A program made the translations under genes and the position numbers. The notes beneath the pieces are model-generated. The model had not been told where the DNA came from. It ran no database searches and saw only the letters and a list, made by a program, of their open reading frames with translations. From assembly GCA_021286705.1 (NCBI GenBank), contig JAJTBW010000002.1, positions 1 through 59,414 on the forward strand: a DNA stretch of 59,414 nt. Direction: 5' to 3'. Numbering within the stretch: position 1 is the stretch's first letter; the number at the start of each line of letters is the position of its first letter. The stretch is from Sphingobacteriia bacterium. Lineage in GTDB: Bacteria > Bacteroidota > Bacteroidia > Bacteroidales > TTA-H9. Below, piece after piece: positions 31,637 to 42,351 of this stretch.

Positions 31637-31920
31637 TTTGGATGGAGGCAAAACAAATTCTTATCGTTGGAAATGACATTACGAAAGAAATAAGCATCTA
31701 ATTTCCATAATAGTTTAAAACGTTCACCACGAAAATTATCCTAATCTTGTTCAGATTAATTATTTTGAATGGTGAGACTCTGTAGGGTAACCACAGAGAG
31801 ACTCCGGTTTTAACCGGCCCGAATTTTGAATTTCCTTTCAGGAAGTTTTCTCATAATTGTTAGATTTTGGTTGATTGATTAGCCAATGACGCCGGGAGGC
31901 ATCGTTGGCTACTTTTTTTT
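31637..31920 (+). ncRNA. candidate small RNA (promoter motif to intrinsic terminator, about 280 nt)
   Basis: Lies between the TATCTTTG motif and a strong terminator. Contains several local hairpins (31774-31808, CCGGTTTTAACCGG at 31805-31818, TTCCTTTCAGGAA at 31832-31844). The longest ORF inside the interval is 19 aa, and a 32-aa ORF starting upstream at 31604 overlaps it. Confidence 0.3.
31881..31920 (+). terminator. Rho-independent terminator (orphan, plus strand)
   Basis: AGCCAATGACGCC-GGGA-GGCATCGTTGGCT stem followed by a T8 run. Confidence 0.6.
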
Positions 31921-32070
31921 CATTACAGAGATGGAAAACTGGATTCATCAAGACGAACCATTTCGAATAATTTAATTTTGAATCGTTGAATTTTGAAACA
32001 TCTTAACCTTCTCCACCCCTTTTAAAACAGATCAGACAAAACCCAATGTACGAATTGCATCAATTGGGAT

Positions 32071-32106
32071 AAAACTAAAAGAGGCCCCCGGTACACCGGC
32101 GGCCTC
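32071..32106 (-). terminator. Rho-independent terminator of rpoD
   Basis: GC-rich stem GAGGCCGCCGG ... CCGGGGGCCTC, followed on the minus strand by TTTTAGTTTT. Confidence 0.65.
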
Positions 32107-32130
32107 AGTAAAATAATCTTTAAAAGAAAA

Positions 32131-32994
32131 TTAGCCCAGATAACTTTTCAGGATCTTGCTTCTTGTGGTATGTTTCAGACGTCTGATAGCCTTTTCCTTA
32201 ATCTGTCTGACTCGTTCGCGAGTAAGGTCGAACTTTTCGCCTATCTCTTCAAGAGTCATGGGATGTTTTCCCTCCAGGCCAAAATACAATCTGATAACAT
32301 CAGCTTCTCTGGGAGTAAGAGTACAAATAGCTCTATCGATTTCGCGGCGTAGCGATTCATAGATAAGCCCACTTTCAGGAGTAGGGCCATCGTCACTACG
32401 CATAACATCGTACATTGTATTCTCTTCATCCTGAACCAGAGGAGCATCCATAGAAACATGTCGTCCTGAGTTTCTCAACGATTCTTTAACCTCATTTTCG
32501 GTTATTTCAAGAAGGCCAGCGATTTCTTCAGCGTTAGGTTCCCGCTCATACTCTTGTTCCAGTTTAGCATAAGCTTTATTGATCTTGTTAATTGATCCAA
32601 TTTTGTTGAGGGGAAGCCTTACGATTCTTGACTGTTCGGCGAGAGCCTGCAGAATAGACTGACGGATCCACCACACAGCGTAAGAGATAAATTTGAAACC
32701 ACGAGTCTCATCAAATCGTTGAGCAGCTTTAATCAAGCCAAGATTGCCTTCATTAATAAGGTCAGGCAGACTTAGGCCTTGATTCTGGTACTGTTTTGAA
32801 ACGGAAACTACAAAACGCAGGTTAGCCTTGGTTAGTTTCTCGAGAGCGACTTGGTCACCTTGCTTGATGCGTTGTGCCAGAGCCACCTCCTCTTCTGCTG
32901 TGATTAGCTCAACTTTGCCAATCTCCTGCAGATACTTATCCAGTGAAGCTGTTTCCCTGTTTGTAACCTGCTTTGTAATTTTTAACTGCCTCAT
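32131..32994 (-). CDS. rpoD: RNA polymerase primary sigma factor (short Bacteroidota sigma-A)
   Basis: 287 aa. Region 2 is [10 protein letters not shown] and region 4.2 is [27 protein letters not shown]. Lacks region 1.1, as in Bacteroidota. Confidence 0.95.
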   Translation of the reverse strand: MRQLKITKQVTNRETASLDKYLQEIGKVELITAEEEVALAQRIKQGDQVALEKLTKANLRFVVSVSKQYQNQGLSLPDLINEGNLGLIKAAQRFDETRGFKFISYAVWWIRQSILQALAEQSRIVRLPLNKIGSINKINKAYAKLEQEYEREPNAEEIAGLLEITENEVKESLRNSGRHVSMDAPLVQDEENTMYDVMRSDDGPTPESGLIYESLRREIDRAICTLTPREADVIRLYFGLEGKHPMTLEEIGEKFDLTRERVRQIKEKAIRRLKHTTRSKILKSYLG

Positions 32995-33056
32995 TTTAAA
33001 TACTTCAATTAATAACTATAATTCCTGAACTTGCTGTTACAGTTATCAGGCTAGAA

Positions 33057-35186
33057 TTACTTTTGTCCTTCTGGTTTTGGTAATAGTACCTTTCTTGAGA
33101 GTTTTAGTTTACCAGTTTTAGAATCTACTTCAATCAGTTTAACTTCAATCTCTTCTCCAACCTTAAGAACGCTTTCTACATCATTCAATCTGCGCCATTC
33201 AATTTCAGAGATGTGTAAAAGACCGTCTTTACCAGGTAAAATCTCAACAAATGCACCGAAAGCAGTGATCGTCTTAACCTTACCCTTATAAATCTGGCCT
33301 ACCTCAGGAATCGCAACGATAGCACGAATACGAGCTTTTACAGCATCGATTGAATCCTTATTTACAGCGACGATGTCTACTACTCCAAGATCACCTACCT
33401 CTTCAATAACGATAGTCGAGCCTGTTTCACGTTGCATCTCCTGAATTACTTTACCTTGTGGGCCAATAACTGCGCCTATGAACTCTCTGGGAATAGTCAA
33501 TTGAACTATTCTGGGTACATGAGGTTTGTAATCTTCACGAGGTTCGGTAATCGTTTTTGCCATCTCACCCATGATATGAAGTCTACCTTGACGAGCCTGC
33601 TCAAGAGCTTGAGAAAGAATCTCGTATGGTAACCCATCAATCTTGATATCCATCTGACAAGCAGTGATACCATCTTTCGTGCCACAGACCTTGAAGTCCA
33701 TATCACCCAAGTGATCTTCATCACCCAGAATATCAGAAAGTACCGCCCATTTGCCTGTTGCCTTATCAGTAATAAGACCCATAGCAATACCTGAAACAGG
33801 TTTGCGAATCTTTACACCAGCATCAAGAAGAGCAAGGGTTCCGGCACATACTGTGGCCATTGATGATGAACCATTAGACTCAAGGATATCGGAAACGACA
33901 CGAATTGTATAGGGATTTTCAGGATTTCCGGGGATAACCGGCTTTAAGGCGCGTAAAGCAAGATTACCATGACCAATCTCACGACGGCTGGTACCTCTTA
34001 ATGCTTTAGCTTCTCCAGTAGAGAATGGAGGGAAGTTATAATGAAGCATGAAGTTATTCTTGCCTTCAATCACGGCTCCATCAATGGTCTGCTCATCGAG
34101 TTTGGTGCCCAGTGTAACTGTAGAAAGTGACTGAGTTTCACCACGTGTAAAGATGGATGATCCATGTGCGGAGGGCAGATAATCAACTTCACACCAGATT
34201 GGTCTAATCTGATCTGTCTTACGGCCATCAAGACGAATTCTCTCATTTAAGACAACGTCTCTAACAGCATGTTTATGGACATCATGGAAATAACGTCCAA
34301 TCATGGCAGCCTTTTCTGTACGAGTCTCTTCAGGAAGAGTCTCAAGATAATCTTTAAGAACCTTTTCAAAAAGTTCAGTTCTCTCGTGTTTACCACTTGC
34401 TTTACAAGCAATATCATAGATTGGTTTGTAACAGAAATCATTTACTGATTTTCTGATCTCCTCATCATTAACCTCATGGCAATAAACGCGCTTTTCTACA
34501 CCACGACCTGACTCTTTAACCATATCGATCTGAGCCTGACACTGGATCTTAATCGCATCATGAGCAAATTTAAGAGCTTCAATCATGTCAGTCTCTGAGA
34601 TCTCTTTCATCTCGCCTTCAACCATCATGATGGTCTCCATAGTGGCAGCAACCATGATATCAAGATCAGACTGTTCGAGTTCAGATAAAGAGGGATTAAT
34701 TACAAGCTTTCCATTGATACGTGCAACACGTACTTCAGACACAGGGCCATTGAAAGGGATATCCGACACAGCTAAAGCAGCTGAAGCAGCTAAACAGGCA
34801 AATGCATCGGGTAGAGTATTTTTATCGCCAGAGATCAAATAAACCAACACCTGAGTCTCGGCATGATAGTCATCGGGAAATAAGGGTCTGAGAGCACGGT
34901 CAACCAGACGAGCAGTAAGGATTTCTAATTCGTGAGGACGTGCTTCTCTCTTAAAGAAACCGCCGGGGAACCTGCCAGTAGCAGCATACTTCTCCTGATA
35001 CTCAACGGTAAGTGGCATAAAGTCAACATTCTCTTTTGCCTCTTTGGCCGAAACGACCGTTGCCAGCAGCATGGTGTTATCCATCTTTATAACGACGGCA
35101 CCATCGGCTTGCTTGGCAAGTTTTCCAGTCTCCATCTGAACAGTCCGTCCATCAGGAAGTTGAAAGGTTTTGTAAAAAGCTTGCAT
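33057..35186 (-). CDS. pnp: polyribonucleotide nucleotidyltransferase (PNPase)
   Basis: 709 aa. Two RNase PH-like domains, [13 protein letters not shown], and C-terminal KH and S1 ([15 protein letters not shown]) domains. Confidence 0.97.
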   Translation of the reverse strand: MQAFYKTFQLPDGRTVQMETGKLAKQADGAVVIKMDNTMLLATVVSAKEAKENVDFMPLTVEYQEKYAATGRFPGGFFKREARPHELEILTARLVDRALRPLFPDDYHAETQVLVYLISGDKNTLPDAFACLAASAALAVSDIPFNGPVSEVRVARINGKLVINPSLSELEQSDLDIMVAATMETIMMVEGEMKEISETDMIEALKFAHDAIKIQCQAQIDMVKESGRGVEKRVYCHEVNDEEIRKSVNDFCYKPIYDIACKASGKHERTELFEKVLKDYLETLPEETRTEKAAMIGRYFHDVHKHAVRDVVLNERIRLDGRKTDQIRPIWCEVDYLPSAHGSSIFTRGETQSLSTVTLGTKLDEQTIDGAVIEGKNNFMLHYNFPPFSTGEAKALRGTSRREIGHGNLALRALKPVIPGNPENPYTIRVVSDILESNGSSSMATVCAGTLALLDAGVKIRKPVSGIAMGLITDKATGKWAVLSDILGDEDHLGDMDFKVCGTKDGITACQMDIKIDGLPYEILSQALEQARQGRLHIMGEMAKTITEPREDYKPHVPRIVQLTIPREFIGAVIGPQGKVIQEMQRETGSTIVIEEVGDLGVVDIVAVNKDSIDAVKARIRAIVAIPEVGQIYKGKVKTITAFGAFVEILPGKDGLLHISEIEWRRLNDVESVLKVGEEIEVKLIEVDSKTGKLKLSRKVLLPKPEGQK

Positions 35187-35384
35187 AATCTAAATCAAAT
35201 TAATCTGTTACAACATCTTAACATCTTGTGCCAAAATTGTAGCAAAGATAGCTCAATTGGCACCATCAAACAGCACAATAACCTAACACTAACACAGATA
35301 TTGTCTTCTTAACAACATTTAACTGCATTGTGTCGGGCTAAATCATTTTGTAATCCTTGAATTCAAAATAGCGTGCCATAAATA

Positions 35385-35414
35385 CCAAAAAAAGGCAATT
35401 CATGAATTGCCTTT
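35385..35414 (-). terminator. Rho-independent terminator of rpsO (upstream of pnp)
   Basis: AAAGGCAATTC-AT-GAATTGCCTTT palindrome, followed on the minus strand by a T-run. Confidence 0.7.
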
Positions 35415-35446
35415 CTAAGGTTCTTCCGGTTAAAACCGAAAAGAAA

Positions 35447-35716
35447 TTACTTTCTGAGGTTCAGTTTTGCAATAATTGCTCTGTAACGCTCGATATCTCT
35501 TTCTTTCAAATAATCGAGCAGCTTTCTGCGCTTACCTACCAAACGAACCAGCGAACGCTGGGTGAATAAATCCTTGCGATTGCTACGCAAATGATCGGTA
35601 AGATGAGTAATACGATACGAAAAAAGTGCAATCTGACTTTCTGCACTACCTGAATCACTATCAGTAATGCCGTACTTCGTAAAGATATCCTTTTTAATTT
35701 CAGGCGTTAAATACAT
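35447..35716 (-). CDS. rpsO: 30S ribosomal protein S15
   Basis: 89 aa. GSAESQIA and HLTDHL...KD..S.R.L signature. Confidence 0.96.
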   Translation of the reverse strand: MYLTPEIKKDIFTKYGITDSDSGSAESQIALFSYRITHLTDHLRSNRKDLFTQRSLVRLVGKRRKLLDYLKERDIERYRAIIAKLNLRK

Positions 35717-35756
35717 ATCTGTTTTCTGCTAAATTTTTGTGAGCCAAAACGGGTTG

Positions 35757-35764
35757 CAAAGATA
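35757..35764 (-). promoter_or_regulatory. -7 promoter motif TATCTTTG upstream of rpsO
   Basis: Exact TAnnTTTG match on the minus strand, 41 nt upstream of the start at 35716. Confidence 0.45.
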
Positions 35765-35893
35765 AAAACTTTTTTCCGGAATATAGCACTAATCTTCAAT
35801 TTTTCTTTTATAACAAGTTGTTAACAACTACAAACACCCCTAATTCATCAAACTCATACTATTATTTACACCTGTAAGATCGGTTAAAATTTG

Positions 35894-35901
35894 TAAATTT
35901 G
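35894..35901 (+). promoter_or_regulatory. -7 promoter motif TAAATTTG upstream of ffh
   Basis: Exact TAnnTTTG match 56 nt upstream of the ATG at 35957. Confidence 0.4.
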
Positions 35902-35956
35902 CACCCCTGCGATCAAATCGCATGTAATATTCTGATAATTTAACACCCCAGATATC

Positions 35957-37294
35957 ATGTTCGAAGGTTTAAGCGATAAACTCGATAGAGCCTTTAAAGT
36001 CCTTAAAGGACAAGGGCAAATCAGCGAAATAAACATAGCCGAAACCCTCAAAGAGGTTCGCAAAGCATTGCTTGACGCAGACGTTAGCTACAAAATAGCA
36101 AAGCAATTTACCGACGATGTTAAGAAGAAAGCTCTCGGTCAAAATGTACTGACAGCTATCTCGCCGGGTCAGTTGATGGTAAAAATCGTTCATGATGAAT
36201 TAGCTGCCCTGATGGGTGGAGAAAAATCAGACATCAACCTCAAAGGCCAACCCGCAATCATCCTTATCGCAGGACTTCAAGGTTCAGGTAAAACTACCTT
36301 CTCAGCCAAACTAGCCAACTTCATTAAAACTAAAAGGTCTCATAAACCGCTTCTCGTTGCCTGTGACGTCTACCGCCCTGCAGCTATTGATCAGTTGAAG
36401 GTACTCGGAGGGCAAATTGAAGTTGAAGTATATACGGAAGAGGGTAACAAAAACGCTGTTGCAATCGCTAAAAATGCTATAACCCACGCCAAAAACATGG
36501 GGCATAGTGTTGTCATTATCGATACTGCCGGTCGTCTGGCAATCGACGAGGAGATGATGAAAGAGATCGCTGCTATTAAGCAATCAGTTAACCCTCAAGA
36601 AACGCTCTTCGTAGTTGACTCTATGACGGGTCAAGATGCGGTAAATACGGCTAAAGCCTTCAATGACCGTCTCGACTACAACGGGGTCGTCCTTACTAAA
36701 CTCGATGGTGATACCCGTGGCGGAGCTGCCCTTACCATCAGATCAGTCGTTGATAAACCGATCAAATTTGTCGGCCTCGGTGAAAAGATGGATGCTATTG
36801 ACATCTTCTACCCCGAACGTATGGCCGACCGTATCCTGGGCATGGGTGACATTGTCTCTCTCGTAGAAAGAGCTCAGGAACAATTCGACGAAGAAGAGGC
36901 TAGAAAACTACAACAGAAGATTGCTAAAGATCAATTCAATTTTGATGACTTCCTAAATCAGATCAAACAGATCAAAAAGATGGGTAACATCCGTGATCTG
37001 ATGGGTATGATTCCCGGAATGGGCAAGGCTCTAAAAGATGTTGATATAGATGACAATGCCTTTAAAAGTATTGAAGCCATTATACACTCTATGACCCCTG
37101 AAGAGAGAGCCAACCCGGCAATCCTGAACGGATCAAGAAGAAAACGTATTGCCAATGGCTCAGGTACTGAAATCCAAGAGGTCAACCGACTCATCAAACA
37201 ATTTGATGAAACCCGTAAAATGATGAAACTCATGACTACCAGCGGGGGACAAAAAATGATGAAGATGATGGGTGGAATGAAAAAGAAACGCTAA
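35957..37294 (+). CDS. ffh: signal recognition particle protein
   Basis: 445 aa. GTPase motifs GLQGSGKTT, DTAGR and TKLDGD, plus a Met-rich C-terminal M domain. Confidence 0.96.
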   Translation: MFEGLSDKLDRAFKVLKGQGQISEINIAETLKEVRKALLDADVSYKIAKQFTDDVKKKALGQNVLTAISPGQLMVKIVHDELAALMGGEKSDINLKGQPAIILIAGLQGSGKTTFSAKLANFIKTKRSHKPLLVACDVYRPAAIDQLKVLGGQIEVEVYTEEGNKNAVAIAKNAITHAKNMGHSVVIIDTAGRLAIDEEMMKEIAAIKQSVNPQETLFVVDSMTGQDAVNTAKAFNDRLDYNGVVLTKLDGDTRGGAALTIRSVVDKPIKFVGLGEKMDAIDIFYPERMADRILGMGDIVSLVERAQEQFDEEEARKLQQKIAKDQFNFDDFLNQIKQIKKMGNIRDLMGMIPGMGKALKDVDIDDNAFKSIEAIIHSMTPEERANPAILNGSRRKRIANGSGTEIQEVNRLIKQFDETRKMMKLMTTSGGQKMMKMMGGMKKKR

Positions 37295-37407
37295 TATCTT
37301 CACCCCAATCCCTCACAATTACCAGTTTGGATTATACCTTCATCACAGTATAATCTATCCACCTCGGTAGTTTCAATGGGGCAAAATGAATATCAAATCT
37401 ATTTGAC

Positions 37408-38289
37408 ATGAAGTTACTCGACGGGAAAACCATTTCTGAGGCCGTTAAAAACGAGATAAAAAAAGAGGTCGCTTCACTTATTGATGCCGGACAAAGAGCA
37501 CCTCACCTGGTTGCGGTACTGGTTGGAAACGACCCTGCCAGCCAAAGCTATGTTGCTTCTAAAGATAAAGCTTGTAAATCAATAGGGATGACCTCCTCGC
37601 TCTATCTCCTAGAAGAGACTATCAGCGAACAGGAACTCCTTAAAACCATTGATTTTCTTAACAATGACCCCGATGTCGATGGCTTTATCGTTCAACAACC
37701 ACTCCCAAAACATATCAATGCCGATAGAATCCTTGAGGCTATCAATCCCGAAAAAGATGTCGATGGCTTCCATCCAGCTAACGTAGGTAAAATGGCACTC
37801 GGATTGGATACTTTCCTCCCAGCAACTCCTTACGGAATTATGGAACTCTTGGAAAGATATGACATCCAAACTGAAGGAAAACATGTCGTAGTTCTTGGAA
37901 GAAGTAATATAGTAGGTACCCCTGTCTCTCTCCTCCTTAGCAGAAAAGCTAAAAGAGGTAATGCTACGGTCACCCTGTGTCACAGCAAGACTGATAACCT
38001 CGCAGATTACTGCCGTCAGGCAGATATCCTTATAGCTGCCATCGGACAACCTCATTTCGTAACCGCTGACATGGTAAAACCAGGTGCCGTAATCATCGAC
38101 GTTGGTATCCATCGAATTGAAGATTCGTCCAAAGAAAAGGGCTATTATATCACCGGCGATGTGAAATTTGATGAGGTAAGCAAAGTGGCTAGTGCCATCA
38201 CTCCTGTTCCGGGCGGTATCGGTCTTATGACTATCGCTGCACTTCTTATGAACACAATGAAAGCCTACCACAAAAATCAGAAACAGTAG
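37408..38289 (+). CDS. folD: bifunctional methylenetetrahydrofolate dehydrogenase/cyclohydrolase
   Basis: 293 aa. YV.SK.K, DGFIVQQPLP, GRSNIVG and PVPGGIGLMT motifs. Confidence 0.95.
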   Translation: MKLLDGKTISEAVKNEIKKEVASLIDAGQRAPHLVAVLVGNDPASQSYVASKDKACKSIGMTSSLYLLEETISEQELLKTIDFLNNDPDVDGFIVQQPLPKHINADRILEAINPEKDVDGFHPANVGKMALGLDTFLPATPYGIMELLERYDIQTEGKHVVVLGRSNIVGTPVSLLLSRKAKRGNATVTLCHSKTDNLADYCRQADILIAAIGQPHFVTADMVKPGAVIIDVGIHRIEDSSKEKGYYITGDVKFDEVSKVASAITPVPGGIGLMTIAALLMNTMKAYHKNQKQ

Positions 38290-38307
38290 TCGCACCTGAT
38301 AAATATA

Positions 38308-38343
38308 AGAACAGCGCCCATCAGGAGCGCTGTTCTTTTTTTG
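38308..38343 (+). terminator. Rho-independent terminator of folD
   Basis: AGAACAGCGC ... GCGCTGTTCT perfect 10-bp stem followed by a T7 run. Confidence 0.75.
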
Positions 38344-38402
38344 TATTCATCACAATAATAGAGCCTGTCATGAAGTTTAGCCATAACTTTGCATAAAAAT
38401 CA

Positions 38403-39662
38403 ATGATGATGATTCAATTTATTTCATGGTTGACCCTCCTACCCCTCCTCTTTAATGCCTCAGGCTTCCCGAAAAACACTCCTGAACAGAGTTCTGGCAC
38501 AAGAATATCACATAGCCTTTATCAGCAAAAAACCGATACTATTCAACCTGAAATTAAAGTAATCAATCTTGTAAAAGCACCTTACTGCTCCTGTAATCAG
38601 CTCCCCGACAAAGTCAATGAGACTTCAGGACTGCAATGGATGGCCAACGGCTGGTGGACCCATAATGACAGTCAAGGAGAACCTGAAATATATGCCCTTG
38701 ACAGCAGTGGATGTAAAATTATCAAGACAATCAGATTCAAGGAAGCCATCAACAGCGATTGGGAAGATATAACTGTTGATGATAAATACATCTATGTCGG
38801 TGACTTTGGAAATAACATTGGTAAACGAAAAGATCTTACCATTTACCGTATCAATAAAGAGGCTATTAACTCCAGTAGATCAATTGAGGTACAATCCGAA
38901 AAAATAGGATTTAAATGGGATGACCAGACCGACTTCTCTCCTCGTGACCGTAAACAAAACTTTGACTGTGAGGCTATGTTCAGTGCAGGCAAAAAACTAT
39001 GGTTCTTTAGTAAAGACTGGGGAGATAATCAAACACGCTTTTATTGCATGGATTCATGGAAAGATGGGGAAAGCCTCAAACCTATTCAAAAAATCAATAT
39101 TGGTGGACTGGTAACCGGAGCCGATTACTTTGAAAAAGAGAAACTTTTAGCTCTAATCGGATATGACTTTTATGCACCGGTTATCTGGTTAATTCCCGAA
39201 TTTCACCCTAACCAACCAACGATAAAGCATATAGTCAGGATAAACCTTGTCACTCTCTTTGGGGCACAGACTGAAGGAATTGCCTTTCGACCCGACGGAA
39301 AACTGTTTTTCAGTTGTGAAGAGACTCCAATCATCAAGGCCTCTCTCTTCTCTCTCGATCCAAAAAAATACCTTCCGGAATTAAGGATAGACTCTCAAGA
39401 CACAACGCTACCCTATATTGTCTCAGTTCTTCATACAAACGACAATAATCAAGGTGAAATTGAGATAGAAGGAAAAAGCAGTTTATCTTTCTCAGCCACA
39501 CTTCAGAACCGAAAAGGGGATCAATTGACTAAAGAATCGACTAATAATGGGAAGTTGAAGCTGATTATATCTAAAAAGGATTCCTCTTCAAAGCTTCTTG
39601 TGGTAAGAATCGAAGAGGGTGAAAAAACCTACTATATTAAAGTAAAAAGGACGCAAGATTAG
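38403..39662 (+). CDS. hypothetical secreted protein (possible beta-propeller, possible T9SS-like C-terminus)
   Basis: 419 aa. Hydrophobic signal-like N-terminus. No catalytic motif recognised. The C-terminal beta-rich tail is only weakly CTD-like. Confidence 0.5.
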   Translation: MMMIQFISWLTLLPLLFNASGFPKNTPEQSSGTRISHSLYQQKTDTIQPEIKVINLVKAPYCSCNQLPDKVNETSGLQWMANGWWTHNDSQGEPEIYALDSSGCKIIKTIRFKEAINSDWEDITVDDKYIYVGDFGNNIGKRKDLTIYRINKEAINSSRSIEVQSEKIGFKWDDQTDFSPRDRKQNFDCEAMFSAGKKLWFFSKDWGDNQTRFYCMDSWKDGESLKPIQKINIGGLVTGADYFEKEKLLALIGYDFYAPVIWLIPEFHPNQPTIKHIVRINLVTLFGAQTEGIAFRPDGKLFFSCEETPIIKASLFSLDPKKYLPELRIDSQDTTLPYIVSVLHTNDNNQGEIEIEGKSSLSFSATLQNRKGDQLTKESTNNGKLKLIISKKDSSSKLLVVRIEEGEKTYYIKVKRTQD

Positions 39663-40295
39663 ATGACAGAAGAGATAAAAGATAGACTCGACAAAGGATT
39701 AATGCTGCCTTTGGTCGAAGAGTTTTACACATTACAAGGCGAGGGATTACAAGCTGGAAGAGCGGCCTACTTCGTCAGACTTGGCGGTTGTGATGTTGGA
39801 TGCGCCTGGTGCGATACCAAACATTCATGGAACCCTACACTTTTTCCACCCGTAGATACCGATGAGATTGTCAGTCGATGTATTGAATGGCCGGGTAAGG
39901 CAGTCGTTGTTACCGGAGGAGAGCCATTAAATTACAATCTGGAATACTTCACACGAAAACTTAAAGAGTATCAGATAGAGACTTTTCTTGAGACCTCAGG
40001 AGCCTACCCTATCTCAGGATACTGGGATTGGATCTGCCTTTCACCAAAGAAAAACATGCCTCCTGTTAAGCCAATCCACCAAATGGCTCATGAACTCAAG
40101 GTTGTTATTCAAAACGAAGATGATCTGCTTTGGGCTGAAGAGAATGCAAAGGAGGTTAGTTCAAAATGCTCACTGTTACTACAACCTGAATGGAGCAAAC
40201 GTGAACAGATACTCCCCCATATAATTGGGTACATTCAAGAGAATCCCCGATGGCGCCTCTCTCTTCAGATGCATAAGTGGATCCACATTCCCTAA
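39663..40295 (+). CDS. queE: 7-carboxy-7-deazaguanine synthase (radical SAM)
   Basis: 210 aa. EEFYTLQGEG N-terminal motif and GGCDVGCAWCDT cluster motif typical of QueE. Confidence 0.85.
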   Translation: MTEEIKDRLDKGLMLPLVEEFYTLQGEGLQAGRAAYFVRLGGCDVGCAWCDTKHSWNPTLFPPVDTDEIVSRCIEWPGKAVVVTGGEPLNYNLEYFTRKLKEYQIETFLETSGAYPISGYWDWICLSPKKNMPPVKPIHQMAHELKVVIQNEDDLLWAEENAKEVSSKCSLLLQPEWSKREQILPHIIGYIQENPRWRLSLQMHKWIHIP

Positions 40296-40327
40296 CAGAG
40301 TGTCATAAAACAAAAACTGATTTACAC

Positions 40328-42292
40328 ATGAGAACCACTCTTTCACTTACTCTTTTACTGACACTCCTTACCGTCTCAGGCGGTTTGGTGGCTCAAAACA
40401 TGCGCCTTTCGACAGAATCTCAACGTGCAGAGAAATCGTACTATCGGGCATCAGAACTGTATCGGAACAACCGATTAGATCAGGCTGTTGAAGAGATGCG
40501 CAAGGCGGTCGCCTACGATACCGCTTTCTCGGAAGGGTGGTTAACATTGGGTGATATCTATACAGACCTTCAAAATCTGCCTGAGGCCATTAAAGCCTAT
40601 CGTAGCGGCATGGAAAAAGGGAGACAACCCTATCCTCAGGTTTGGCTTCTAATAGCTAACCTCGAACAAAAAGAGGGAAATTATCAGGTTGCTATAGATA
40701 CCTACAATAAGGCTTTAAAATTCGAACCGGCCAGTAGCACTAAACTCCCAAAGATCGAGAAATCGATAAATCAATGTGAGTATGCACTCGAAATGATGAA
40801 ACATCCGGTTGATTTTCACCCTATCAACCTCGGAGCATCAATCAACTCACCATATTCTGAGTATTTCCCTTGTATTACGGTAGATGGTGAGACCTTCTTA
40901 TTCACACGTAGAGTGCCGTCAGAGGTTCTACCGGGTAAAGAACAAGAGGACTTCTATATAGCAGCCAGAAGTGATACTGGCTGGCTCATGTCAAGACCTA
41001 TAGGGGAGCCTATCAATACAGAATGGAATGAAGGAGCTCCTACCCTATCTCCTGATGGACAGTTTCTCTTTTTTACCGCCTGTGCCAATATGATGAGAGA
41101 ATATGGCCCCGATAGGGATGGCTATGGCAGCTGCGACCTCTTTGTTTGTAGAAGACTGGGAAATGGTTGGTCTGATCCGGTAAATATTGGCAGCCCTATT
41201 AATACTGCCAACTGGGAATCTCAACCCTCGTTCTCATCTGACGGACAAACACTCTATTTTATCAGAGGCGGCAGGTCACGACAAAACTCAGAAGATCAAG
41301 ACATCTATACCAGTTGTCTTCAGAAAGATGGAAAATGGAGTACGCCACATCGCCTACCCGATATTATTAATTCAAAAGGCAAAGAAGAGAGTGTCTTTAT
41401 ACACCCAGATGGCCATACCCTCTACTTCTCCTCTGATGGTCACCCCGGCATGGGAGGACTAGATATCTTTGTCAGCCGACTTCAACCCAACGGAGAATGG
41501 AGCGAGCCTGAGAATCTGGGCTACCCCATCAATACTAATAAAGATGAAAACAGCCTTCTGGTCTCAGGAGACGGGAAATGGGGATATTTTGCTTCGGACA
41601 GATCCGGCGGCTATGGAAAACTCGATCTGTACAAATTTAAGCTTCCTGAATCGGCAAAGCCCAAACAACTTACATGGCTTAAAGGCACCGTATATGACGC
41701 AAAGACCATGGCTAAACTTGAGGCCCGCTTCGAACTAATTGAGCTCTCTAACGGCAAAACTGTAGTAGAAAGCTATTCTGACCCATCAGACGGACATTTT
41801 CTTGTTGCCCTACCCTCAGGAACCGAATATGCATTAAATGTCTCAAAGAACGGCTATCTTTTCTATTCTGATCACTTCAATCTGACAGGAAATGCAACTC
41901 AAACAGATCCTTACCTAAGGGATATTCCACTGCAGCCAATTGTAGTCGGAGAGACCGTTATCCTGCGTAATGTCTTTTTTGATACCGATAGTTACCTTCT
42001 TAAGGATGAATCGAAAACGGAGTTACTCCGTCTGGTTGATCTCATGCAGTCAAATCCTAAACTCAAGATTGAACTAAGTGGTCATACTGATAACAAAGGA
42101 GATAACAAACATAACCAAGAGCTATCGCTTAACAGAGCAAAGGCCGTCTTTGATTTTATGATTGAGCAGAAGATTGCATCTGATAGAATAAGCTATAAGG
42201 GGTACGGAGAGACGACACCTATAAGTACCAATGAAACAGAAGAGGGTCGTGCACTAAATCGTAGGACAGCTTTTATGGTAAAAGAAATTTAA
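40328..42292 (+). CDS. OmpA-family protein with TPR and TolB-like beta-propeller repeats
   Basis: Signal peptide at MRTTLSLTLLLTLL, where an ATG at 40328 is preferred to the GTG at 40277. TPR-like N-terminal region, repeated PxFSxDGxxLYF propeller blades, and a C-terminal OmpA domain (NQELSLNRAKAV, NRRTAF). Confidence 0.82.
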   Translation: MRTTLSLTLLLTLLTVSGGLVAQNMRLSTESQRAEKSYYRASELYRNNRLDQAVEEMRKAVAYDTAFSEGWLTLGDIYTDLQNLPEAIKAYRSGMEKGRQPYPQVWLLIANLEQKEGNYQVAIDTYNKALKFEPASSTKLPKIEKSINQCEYALEMMKHPVDFHPINLGASINSPYSEYFPCITVDGETFLFTRRVPSEVLPGKEQEDFYIAARSDTGWLMSRPIGEPINTEWNEGAPTLSPDGQFLFFTACANMMREYGPDRDGYGSCDLFVCRRLGNGWSDPVNIGSPINTANWESQPSFSSDGQTLYFIRGGRSRQNSEDQDIYTSCLQKDGKWSTPHRLPDIINSKGKEESVFIHPDGHTLYFSSDGHPGMGGLDIFVSRLQPNGEWSEPENLGYPINTNKDENSLLVSGDGKWGYFASDRSGGYGKLDLYKFKLPESAKPKQLTWLKGTVYDAKTMAKLEARFELIELSNGKTVVESYSDPSDGHFLVALPSGTEYALNVSKNGYLFYSDHFNLTGNATQTDPYLRDIPLQPIVVGETVILRNVFFDTDSYLLKDESKTELLRLVDLMQSNPKLKIELSGHTDNKGDNKHNQELSLNRAKAVFDFMIEQKIASDRISYKGYGETTPISTNETEEGRALNRRTAFMVKEI

Positions 42293-42351
42293 ACTACCCT
42301 TAAGGTCTTATTTCGCTGTGGATTTATTAAATTCGTTAAAAAAAGTCGAAT

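Noticed and set aside
34932-35312. 126-aa plus-strand ORF overlapping the 5' end of pnp
   Set aside because: It is antisense to PNPase and extends into the rpsO-pnp intergenic leader. It is Cys/Leu-rich and non-protein-like.
37609-38295. 228-aa minus-strand ORF fully overlapping folD
   Set aside because: It is antisense to a gene with unambiguous FolD motifs. Its product is low-complexity with no motif, which is typical of a shadow ORF.
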